Shown: piece after piece, positions 17,153-25,191 of the stretch
Layout: each line of letters opens with the position of its first letter
Position numbering within the stretch: the first letter of the stretch is position 1
Translations under genes and position numbers: made by a program
Assembly: GCA_046048135.1 (NCBI GenBank)
Contig: JBJOGR010000036.1
Coordinates: forward strand, 4,164 to 68,163
Length of the DNA stretch: 64,000 nt
Source: Actinomycetota bacterium
GTDB lineage: Bacteria; Actinomycetota; Actinomycetes; S36-B12; UBA5976
Direction of reading: 5' to 3'
Notes under the pieces: model-generated
The model's input: only the letters and a program-made list of their open reading frames with translations
Databases searched by the model: none
Told to the model about the DNA's origin: nothing

Positions 17153-19410
17153 TATTTTTTACCTTTTGCCACTCCTGCAATTCGAGAAATTGCATAATCT
17201 CTTATTCGTGAATCTGTTAAATCAAATCCTGTTAATAAGCCACCTTCAAATCTAATTGGTTCAACTAAACGATCAGAACTTATGCCGTGCGTGTCAATAT
17301 AAGTAATAGTTAAAACTGCATCACTTGATTTAGTTCCTGCGACAACTTCTTCAACAACTTCTCTAAAAAGTTTTGCTACTTCGTTTGCTGGCATTTTTTC
17401 TGGAGTCTTTGTAGCAACTTCAGGTTTTGCTTTTGGATTTTCTCCAGCTTTTAATGATTTAATTGCTGCAGCTAAAAGTGCTGCATCTGGTGGAGCGCCA
17501 TCTGGTGCAGGTCTTGGTCTAACTTTCACAATTGATCTTCTTTCATTTGGTGCAGGAACTGCATCATCAAGAGGTTCATCAATTGGTTTGATATCACCAA
17601 GTTTTCTCACTAGATCATTAACCAAATATTCCAAAGGTTGTGGAACATCTGTTGTGGAATATTTTTTTAAGAAATCAAGAATTTTTTCTGCAGAATAACC
17701 TCTTTGCATCGCTCTTTGTAAAGATGTTTCTGTAAATCTATAAACTTGAGCAGCTCCACGAGATTCTTGATAGGCCATAACTCTTAATTCGGAAGCAACT
17801 TCTGTTGCAGGAGGCCCTGGAATTACGGCAGTCAAATCTGCTTGCAAAACAAAATTAGAAATTGCATCAGGCAATAGTGGTGAAATTGCTGAAACTAACA
17901 TTTGATCTGGTTTAACTGCATAACCTTTTGGATCTGCAACGGCAGCTCTTGCGGCTGCTGTTCTTGCTTCTGGAGATGGCATTGTGTAGCGCATTTCTCC
18001 TAACGCTCTTCCAGTTGTGGCAAGTACTCCTAATCCTCTAATTCCAATTACATTTGCTTCTTGCAAAATTGCATTTACTAAAACTTTAATTTCTTCTTTT
18101 TCTTTTCTTGGGCGAAGCCATGAAACAAATTCGATTATTGAATCAGGGTCTGGTTCTAAACCAGGAGTTAGTGATGACATGGCATCAAGCACTAAAGATC
18201 TAATTTCTGGTGCTAGTGGTTTATCAACTTCTGGAGATAATGCATTAATTCTTATTTCGCCAACTTTTCCAACTAAAGAAGCAACTCTGGTTGTGGTCAA
18301 CCAAGCTTCAGCCAAGATTGCCCAACGTTCTTCAACTTTTTTTGTTCGCCAAACATCAAAAGCAGGTGTAGGTAACCAAACTTGTTCCTTTTCATCTCCT
18401 GCAGCTAATAGTCCTGCAGAATAAGCAACTTCAGCTAAAAGTGCTGCAATATTTTCATCTTCATTACAAATTTTTGAAGCAATAGTTAAATCTCTTTGGG
18501 CAAGCCCACCATTTCTTAAAACTTGTGGAGGAGTTTCACCCCAGTTATCTAAAAGTTCTTCTACTAGTTGCACAAACTGTAAACCTGCACCACCTGCAGC
18601 ACGATCAACTTGTTGCGGATCTCTTTGTGCTTTGGATTTAATTTCTTTTTTATTTGAAAGTTCTTCAGGTAAATAATTGGGATGTCTTAATACTGTGGCA
18701 ATTTCTCTCGGCAAAGTCAATGCATCGCGAGCAGTTGCAACTAGGACACCATGAGCCATTAAGTATTCATGACCATTTTTTGCACTAGTAATTCCTGCAT
18801 CTCTATTTAATTTTGAAAGAGTTATGACAGGAGGTCCCCATAAAAGTTCATCTAATACTTTTTGAGTATCACTTGGGCCTTTTTCAATAATTTGAGTTAA
18901 ACGTTCTTTACTTGCTAAAGCATCTAAATCTGGTCTTTCATGAATAAAGCATGGTCCAAAACCTGCAGGATGTGGTGCTACGACTTCTTTAAGAACTGGT
19001 ACACAACGCATTCCTTCGTCAGTACCCCAAATGATTGCTAAAAGTCTTAATTTTTCTAAAGCTTCATCAATTTTTTCATTATTATTTAATACATTTTGTA
19101 AATCTTTTTTAGTAAATATTTCATCAAGAACTGAAATAATTTCTGCCACACCTACTGTCCAAGCATCTAAACGATCCAAGACTCTGGTAACTGATGAGTT
19201 AGTCGCTGCACGTGCAGCAAGTTTTGCCATGTCGGTTGGAACTGGGTGAACTAAATCTGGACGTTGAATCAGCATCAAACGCAAACTGTGTTCATCTTGA
19301 GTGCGTAATGCATCCACCAAAGTGCCAGGATCCTGAGCAGTTACTTTGGAAGTTTTTTTATCGTCTTTAGATTTACTCGCCTTAGGGCTTGCGGCAGTTT
19401 TTGGAGACAT
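17152..19410 (-). CDS. XPB-associated protein with Helicase_C_3 domain and C-terminal WYL-like domain (Rv0862c-like)
   Basis: VLQADLTAVIPGP...ESRGAAQVYRFT..SL...VPQPLEYLV; C-terminal ITYID...RLVEPIRF...RDYAISRI; stop overlaps XPB start (TAATG). Confidence 0.85.
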   Translation of the reverse strand: MSPKTAASPKASKSKDDKKTSKVTAQDPGTLVDALRTQDEHSLRLMLIQRPDLVHPVPTDMAKLAARAATNSSVTRVLDRLDAWTVGVAEIISVLDEIFTKKDLQNVLNNNEKIDEALEKLRLLAIIWGTDEGMRCVPVLKEVVAPHPAGFGPCFIHERPDLDALASKERLTQIIEKGPSDTQKVLDELLWGPPVITLSKLNRDAGITSAKNGHEYLMAHGVLVATARDALTLPREIATVLRHPNYLPEELSNKKEIKSKAQRDPQQVDRAAGGAGLQFVQLVEELLDNWGETPPQVLRNGGLAQRDLTIASKICNEDENIAALLAEVAYSAGLLAAGDEKEQVWLPTPAFDVWRTKKVEERWAILAEAWLTTTRVASLVGKVGEIRINALSPEVDKPLAPEIRSLVLDAMSSLTPGLEPDPDSIIEFVSWLRPRKEKEEIKVLVNAILQEANVIGIRGLGVLATTGRALGEMRYTMPSPEARTAAARAAVADPKGYAVKPDQMLVSAISPLLPDAISNFVLQADLTAVIPGPPATEVASELRVMAYQESRGAAQVYRFTETSLQRAMQRGYSAEKILDFLKKYSTTDVPQPLEYLVNDLVRKLGDIKPIDEPLDDAVPAPNERRSIVKVRPRPAPDGAPPDAALLAAAIKSLKAGENPKAKPEVATKTPEKMPANEVAKLFREVVEEVVAGTKSSDAVLTITYIDTHGISSDRLVEPIRFEGGLLTGFDLTDSRIRDYAISRIAGVAKGKK

Positions 19411-19575
19411 CCGGACAAGTTTACCGAAGTTAGTGGGAAGGGGTTTTGGCCAGCCCGTTTATTTCTATGTTGTATACGCGGAGTTGTGAGGTAGAAATCC
19501 GATTCGCTACCCTAGAGATTACGGCCAAAACAGGTCGTGAAGAAGAAACTACTAATTAATTAGAGGTGATTGCTC

Positions 19576-19956
19576 GTGCCAACAGGAAAAGTTAAATGGT
19601 ACGACGTGGAAAAAGGTTTCGGATTTTTAGAAACCGATGAAGGCGAAGATGTTTTCGTTCACGTAACAGCATTGCCTGATGGTGTTATTCCAAAACCTGG
19701 AACCAGAGTTGAATTTGGTGTTGCCGAGGGTAGACGTGGCACACAAGCACTACAAGTAAAAATTTTAGAAACTCCACCAAGCTTGGCTAAAGCTGGCAGA
19801 AAAGATACAGACGATATGGCTGCCACATTAGAAGATGTAATCAAATTGTTGGATGGCGTTTCAAACCAATTGCGCAGAGGTCGTTATCCAGATGATTCTT
19901 CTGCAAGCAAAATTGCTGCAGTTTTAAGAGCTGTTGCAAACGATCTAGACGCATAA
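19576..19956 (+). CDS. Cold-shock protein with C-terminal helical extension (mycobacterial CspB-like)
   Basis: MPTGKVKWYDVEKGFGF, DVFVH; GTG at 19576 preferred over TTG 19570 because of AGAGGTGA RBS spacing. Confidence 0.9.
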   Translation: MPTGKVKWYDVEKGFGFLETDEGEDVFVHVTALPDGVIPKPGTRVEFGVAEGRRGTQALQVKILETPPSLAKAGRKDTDDMAATLEDVIKLLDGVSNQLRRGRYPDDSSASKIAAVLRAVANDLDA

Positions 19957-19983
19957 TTATCAAGAATTGTTGAAACACTAATC

Positions 19984-20826
19984 GTGGCAACTACTTTAGA
20001 AAATAAATTAAATAAAGCAAAAGATTTTGCTCGCGAACAATTGATTGAAGAAATTACAGAATCAAGAGTTGGTGAGTATTTAGGTTTTGTTTCTGAAGGC
20101 GAAAATGTTTTAACCCATAAATTTAAATGTGTTGATAAAGCTTATGCAGGTTGGTACTGGGCCGTAACACTTGCCACAAGTGATGAGAACAGCAATGTGA
20201 CAGTTTCTGAAATTGTTTTAATTCCAGGAGAAGGTGCATTACTTGCCAAAGCTTGGATTCCTTGGGAGCAAAGAGTTGAAGCTGGAGATATCGGTGTTGG
20301 TGATGTTTTACCAACTTCAAAAACAGATGAGAGATTAGTTCCAGGTTATTCAGGTGTTGAAGATTTATTTGAAGAAACATTAACTCCACAAGGTTTCGAA
20401 ATCGGTTTTGCTAGAGAAAGAGTTTTATCTGTTTTTGGTAAAGATCAAACAGCTGAACGTTGGCATAAGGGCGATCGTGGACCAAATTCTGCAATCGCAG
20501 AAGCAGTTACCGAACAATGTTTTACTTGTGGGTTTTATGTTTCACTTTCTGGATCTTTGGGACAAATGTTTGGAGTTTGCACTAATAAATTTTCGGTTGA
20601 AGACGGAAAAGTTGTTTCATTAGATCATGGATGTGGTGGACACAGTGAAATAGTTGCAACACTTCATTCAATTCCAACAGGAGAAACTGTTTTGGATGAT
20701 GAAAATCTTGATGATCAAATGGAAGTTGAAGCAGAAGATGAAATTGCAGATTTAGAAGTTGATGATTTAGAAACTGAAGTTGATTTAATTGATGAGGCAG
20801 AACTTGACGAAGAAAGTTCTAATTAG
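19984..20826 (+). CDS. DUF3027-family protein (Cys/His motif, acidic tail)
   Basis: YAGWYWAVTL, PWEQRV..GD.GVGD.L, CFTCGF...GVCTN...HGCGGHSE. Confidence 0.88.
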   Translation: MATTLENKLNKAKDFAREQLIEEITESRVGEYLGFVSEGENVLTHKFKCVDKAYAGWYWAVTLATSDENSNVTVSEIVLIPGEGALLAKAWIPWEQRVEAGDIGVGDVLPTSKTDERLVPGYSGVEDLFEETLTPQGFEIGFARERVLSVFGKDQTAERWHKGDRGPNSAIAEAVTEQCFTCGFYVSLSGSLGQMFGVCTNKFSVEDGKVVSLDHGCGGHSEIVATLHSIPTGETVLDDENLDDQMEVEAEDEIADLEVDDLETEVDLIDEAELDEESSN

Positions 20827-21052
20827 ATTTTTTTAATCTTTTTTGGCGTCTAAATAAAATTCGTAGACCTAAAAGACCTAAGAGAAATCCTAAAATAGTA
20901 ACCCTTAACGCTTGGGTTGAATCAACATTTCCAGTTATTGATGGATTGGCAAAAATTACAACGGTTGCGATGAAGAAAAGAATTGTTCCTAAAGTCACTT
21001 GAAAAATTCCTGAAGTTTCAAGCGGTTTTATTTTAGGTGACTTATTGTTCAT
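20819..21052 (-). CDS. Small two-helix membrane protein, DUF2530-like
   Basis: Two TM segments, basic C-terminus; AGAGGA RBS; position next to DUF3027. Confidence 0.6.
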   Translation of the reverse strand: MNNKSPKIKPLETSGIFQVTLGTILFFIATVVIFANPSITGNVDSTQALRVTILGFLLGLLGLRILFRRQKRLKKSN

Positions 21053-21136
21053 TTATCCTCTACTTTTGTAAAGATTACTCACATCCATTTAATCACTACA
21101 TAACTTATTCATGTTGATGTGAGACAATTAAGTCAT

Positions 21137-21484
21137 ATGAAATTTTTGTTTAGAATCGTAGGAATTGCAATTGGGGTTTGGATAACCACCATGTTGATTC
21201 CCGGAATTGAAGTAACAGGTGGATTAAAAAACTATCTAATAATCGCATTAGTACTGGCAATTATTAATGCCACTTTAGGTACTTTGTTAAAAGTTTTAAC
21301 TATGCCACTTGCTTTTTTAACTTTAGGTTTATCTCTTTTAGTAGTTAATACTTCGATGCTCTTAATTACAGATCGATTAACAGATTCTTTAAGCATTCAA
21401 GGATTTTGGTCAGCTTTTTTCGGAGCTATTTTAATATCAATCATTTCAAGTATGTTTGCTCAAATTACGAGTAAAAGAATTTAA
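21137..21484 (+). CDS. 4-TM 'phage holin family'/YvlD-like membrane protein
   Basis: LKVLTMPLAFLTLGLSLLVVN and GFWSAFFGAILISI; ATG 21137 preferred over GTG 21119. Confidence 0.85.
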   Translation: MKFLFRIVGIAIGVWITTMLIPGIEVTGGLKNYLIIALVLAIINATLGTLLKVLTMPLAFLTLGLSLLVVNTSMLLITDRLTDSLSIQGFWSAFFGAILISIISSMFAQITSKRI

Positions 21485-21508
21485 ATAAAGAATATTAAAG
21501 AAGATAAT

Positions 21509-22837
21509 TTGACATTTAATCAATTGGGAGTAAATCCCGCGCTAGTTAAAACTTTAAACAAAATGGAAATTATTGAACCTTTTCCAATTCAAGTTAAAGC
21601 ATTACCAGATGCAATTGGTGGAAAAGATGTATTAGGTAGAGGACAAACTGGTTCGGGAAAAACTTTAGCTTTTGGTTTAGCAGTTTTGACAAAACTTGCA
21701 AATAGAAAAGCAAAGGCGCATCATCCTTTAGCGATAATTTTGTCTCCCACCAGAGAATTAGCGATGCAAATTAATGATGTGATTAATTCACTTGCTCCAT
21801 CAGTTCATTTAAGTTCAAGGTTGGTTGCAGGGGGCATGCCATACGGTGCACAAATTCAAGCATTAAGAAAAGCTGTTCCAATTTTGGTTTCAACTCCAGG
21901 ACGATTAATGGATCTTATGGAAAAGAAACACGTTGTGTTAGATGAAGTTGAAATTGTGGTTTTAGATGAAGCAGATCAAATGGCCGATATGGGTTTCTTA
22001 CCAGATATGAAAGCAATTTTAGATGCTTGTAAAAAGAAAGGTCAAAGATTACTTTTTTCAGCAACTTTAGATAGAGACGTTGATGTTTTAGTTAAAAAAT
22101 ATTTACATAACCCAGTAGTTCATTCTGTTGATTCAGATAAAGCAAGTGTCTCAACTATGACTCATCATGTTTTAGTAATTCATCCAAATGACAAAGATGA
22201 AATTGTGGCAAATATTGCAGCTCGAGATGGTAAAACAATTATGTTTGTTAAAACCCAACATGGTGCAGATAAATTATCAACCCGTTTAGCATCTCAAGGA
22301 ATTGCAGTTGGATCTTTGCACGGAGGAAAATCACAATCAGTTAGAACCAAAACTTTAGCTAAATTCAAATCAGGACAATTAAATACATTAGTTGCCACAG
22401 ATGTGGCAGCAAGAGGAATTCACGTTGAAGATATTTCTTTAGTAGTACATATCGATCCTCCTCAAAAAGCAAAAGATTATTTACATAGAGCAGGTAGAAC
22501 TGCAAGAGCAGGAGAATCTGGTCATGTAGTTACTTTATGTAATTTGAAACAACAAAACACAATTAGAAAATTAATGACTCATGTTGGAATAAATCCTAAA
22601 TTTGTCCGCATTAAACCTCAAAGTCCTGAATTAAGTGAAATTACTGGCGCGAAAAAACCAAGTGGAGTTGCTTGGGTTGCACCAGTTGAGAAACAAAAAG
22701 ATAAAGAGAAAAGTTTTAATCGTGACAGAAATAGAAATAGAAACCGAAGCAGAGGCAGAAATCAAGATCGAAATAGAAAAACTAGATTTAATGATAAAAA
22801 CAAGAAAAGAAAGAGTTTTAGAAGTAACCCAAACTAG
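21509..22837 (+). CDS. DEAD-box RNA helicase with basic Arg/Asn-rich tail
   Basis: GQTGSGKT, PTRELA, TPGRL, DEAD, SAT, ARGIH, HRAGRTAR. Confidence 0.96.
   Translation: MTFNQLGVNPALVKTLNKMEIIEPFPIQVKALPDAIGGKDVLGRGQTGSGKTLAFGLAVLTKLANRKAKAHHPLAIILSPTRELAMQINDVINSLAPSVHLSSRLVAGGMPYGAQIQALRKAVPILVSTPGRLMDLMEKKHVVLDEVEIVVLDEADQMADMGFLPDMKAILDACKKKGQRLLFSATLDRDVDVLVKKYLHNPVVHSVDSDKASVSTMTHHVLVIHPNDKDEIVANIAARDGKTIMFVKTQHGADKLSTRLASQGIAVGSLHGGKSQSVRTKTLAKFKSGQLNTLVATDVAARGIHVEDISLVVHIDPPQKAKDYLHRAGRTARAGESGHVVTLCNLKQQNTIRKLMTHVGINPKFVRIKPQSPELSEITGAKKPSGVAWVAPVEKQKDKEKSFNRDRNRNRNRSRGRNQDRNRKTRFNDKNKKRKSFRSNPN
22727..22780 (+). repeat. Degenerate hexamer tandem array (AGAAAT-like x9) encoding RNRNRNRSRGRNQDRNRK
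   Basis: agaaat agaaat agaaac cgaagc agaggc agaaat caagat cgaaat agaaaa. Confidence 0.75.
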
Positions 22838-23438
22838 AACGAATTAACTCAATTCCAAGTACTAAGAGCAGTATTGAGGCAATTCTTACTAATAATTTAT
22901 ATAACCAGCTTGGCATTTTATTTCTGGTTGAACCAATTCCAAATGCAAGTAAAACTTTACTTCCAATAAGTAGCAAATAGAAACCTACTAAAAAACCTGC
23001 GGCATCTAACCAACTTTGATTCCAACCGTTTACTAACAAAGTTCCTCCTGCGGTCATCCAAAATAACCAAGCAGAAGGATTAATAAAATTAGTTAATATT
23101 GCTTTAAATAATGTAGTTTTTGTTGAACCTATTGATTTATCTTTGTTAATGAAATCTTGAGGATTATTTTTTCCTGCAACCCAAGATTCGTATGCAAAAT
23201 AGAATAAAACAATTGCTCCAATAACACTTAAAAAACCTAAAGCTGAATTGTTAATTTGTCGCAAAATAAAAAGTGAAACCACAATAATAGGTAAATCGGT
23301 TATTAGGGGAGAGAATGCAACTCTTAATCCATGAGATGTTCCACCTCGTAAGGAAGCAGATATAACTAAAGCAAGTAGTGGACCAGGTGCTAAACCAACA
23401 CCTAGTCCAAGAAGTAGACCTTGTATTAAATACTCCAT
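22818..23438 (-). CDS. LysE/RhtB-family translocator
   Basis: GLAPGPLLALVI, TNFINPSAWLFW, about six TM helices. Confidence 0.88.
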   Translation of the reverse strand: MEYLIQGLLLGLGVGLAPGPLLALVISASLRGGTSHGLRVAFSPLITDLPIIVVSLFILRQINNSALGFLSVIGAIVLFYFAYESWVAGKNNPQDFINKDKSIGSTKTTLFKAILTNFINPSAWLFWMTAGGTLLVNGWNQSWLDAAGFLVGFYLLLIGSKVLLAFGIGSTRNKMPSWLYKLLVRIASILLLVLGIELIRSSLGYF

Positions 23439-23442
23439 TTAA

Positions 23443-25068
23443 TTAATGCGAAACAGGAGCAGATTCCCCTCGTTCACTTAACTTATTGTTTGGAGTAAGA
23501 ATTGCAAAAATTATAGAACCGGCAACGACTATTGCTCCAACGAAGAAAACATATGTCATTGAATTTGCAAAGCCATCCAAAATTGGATGAATCAATGTTC
23601 TGTTAGCTGAAGCCAGCCAAGAAGTGTCATCAAATGTTGCCTGTCCAGTTTGAAGTGCTTGTAATTGTTGAACAGTGGAAGCATTATTTGGATCCATCAA
23701 AGCTTTTTGGTATTCAGGATCTGTGACTGAAGCTTGAAATGCACTTTGAGTTTCTTTGCCCACTTTTCCAAACAAAATTGAAATAAAGGCAGCTGTTCCA
23801 ACAGTTGCACCAAGTTGTCTAAACAAAGTAACTGAAGAAGTTGCAACTCCAAGATCTTTTTTAGCTACAGCATTTTGCACTGCGATAACTGTTGGTTGGA
23901 GCACATGACCAAGTCCAACTCCAAATAAGTAGGACAAAATTGCAATCCACCAATACTTGGTATCTGCATTAAAAGTAGTCATTAAAAATAACGTTGCTGT
24001 GAGTAGCACAGTTCCAATAACAGGAAAAATTTTGTATTTTCCAGTTTTTGAAATAACTCTTCCAGAAATTATTGAACCAGTCATAATGCCCAGTGTTAAT
24101 GGCAATAATTCAAGCCCAGCTTTTGTCGGAGAAGATCCTCCAACAATTTGAAGATAAAGCGGAAGCATTGCAAGACCACCAAACATGCCTGCACCAGTAA
24201 TTAAACCAACTACTGAAACAAAAGAAAATGTTTTGTCTTTGAAAAGTCTTAAAGGCAAAATTGCTTCATCTTTCATTCTATTTTCAAAAATTACAAACAG
24301 AATTAAACTTACGATTCCTATTACATAGCAAGTAATCGATTCTACACTTGTCCAACCCCAAACTCTTCCTTCTTGTGCAACAAGAAGTAGTGGAATTAAA
24401 CCAACTGTTAAAGAAATTGCACCTAACCAATCAATTGAATGATTAACTTTTTGAAAATTTGGAATGTGCAAAGTTCTACCTACAATAAATAGTGCAACTA
24501 AACCAATTGGAACGTTAACTAAGAAAACCCAGCGCCAACCAGTAATTCCAATGATTGAAGTTTGTCCTGCAAAAAATCCTCCAATTACAGGACCAAGAAC
24601 ACTTGAAGTTCCAAACACGGCAATGAAGTAACCCTGATATTTAGAACGCTCTCTTGGTGGAACTATGTCACCAATAATTGCTAAAGCAAGTGTGAATAAT
24701 CCACCAGCACCTAAACCTTGAATTGCTCTATAAATTGCCAAGCTATACATAGATGTTGCAAATGCACTGAGTGCTGAACCAACTATGAAAATTGAGATTG
24801 CCCAAATAAAAAGTGGCTTTCTGCCAAAGATGTCGCTTAACTTTCCATACAAAGGTGTTGTAATGGTTGAAGTAATTAAGTATGCAGTTGTTGCCCATGC
24901 TTGCAATGACAATCCGTTTAGGTCATCGCCAATAGTTTTAATTGCGGTTGCAACAATTGTTTGATCAAGTGCTGCTAAAAATAAGCCTGACATTAAGCCA
25001 ACAAGAATTGGCACGATTTCTTTATGATCTAAATAAGTATTTACTTCTTTTGCTGCATTTTCATTCAT
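23443..25068 (-). CDS. MFS drug:H+ antiporter, 14-TM DHA2/EmrB-QacA type
   Basis: LDQTIVATA, YGKLSDIFGRK, RAIQGLGAGG, WRWVFLVNVPIG. Confidence 0.93.
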   Translation of the reverse strand: MNENAAKEVNTYLDHKEIVPILVGLMSGLFLAALDQTIVATAIKTIGDDLNGLSLQAWATTAYLITSTITTPLYGKLSDIFGRKPLFIWAISIFIVGSALSAFATSMYSLAIYRAIQGLGAGGLFTLALAIIGDIVPPRERSKYQGYFIAVFGTSSVLGPVIGGFFAGQTSIIGITGWRWVFLVNVPIGLVALFIVGRTLHIPNFQKVNHSIDWLGAISLTVGLIPLLLVAQEGRVWGWTSVESITCYVIGIVSLILFVIFENRMKDEAILPLRLFKDKTFSFVSVVGLITGAGMFGGLAMLPLYLQIVGGSSPTKAGLELLPLTLGIMTGSIISGRVISKTGKYKIFPVIGTVLLTATLFLMTTFNADTKYWWIAILSYLFGVGLGHVLQPTVIAVQNAVAKKDLGVATSSVTLFRQLGATVGTAAFISILFGKVGKETQSAFQASVTDPEYQKALMDPNNASTVQQLQALQTGQATFDDTSWLASANRTLIHPILDGFANSMTYVFFVGAIVVAGSIIFAILTPNNKLSERGESAPVSH

Positions 25069-25113
25069 TTAGTTGACTGAGCTCTCTACTTTGAAGTTAT
25101 TCTTGACCCCACA

Positions 25114-25136
25114 ATCCTAGTCAATCAACCATTGAC
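25114..25136 (-). promoter_or_regulatory. Putative -10 (TAGGAT) of MFS gene with adjacent palindrome GTCAAT-N5-ATTGAC
   Basis: Perfect 6-bp inverted repeat at 25120-25136 abuts the minus-strand TANNNT hexamer at 25114-25119. Confidence 0.45.
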
Positions 25137-25191
25137 CACCATTTAAGTGCTGCAAAACACGCTTGAAATTAAGTTGACTTATTATTACAAC

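Noticed and set aside
15491..19410. Helicase + WYL pair as an anti-phage defence island
   Set aside because: Sits in conserved core synteny with csp/DUF3027; no nuclease, methylase or mobility genes; composition like the flanks
21119..21484. 'Phage holin' as evidence of a prophage
   Set aside because: YvlD-like family is a common chromosomal gene; no endolysin, structural or integrase genes nearby
22635..22847. Alternate-frame ORF with EIEIETEAEAEIKIEIE repeat
   Set aside because: Other reading frame of the same hexamer array in the DEAD-box tail
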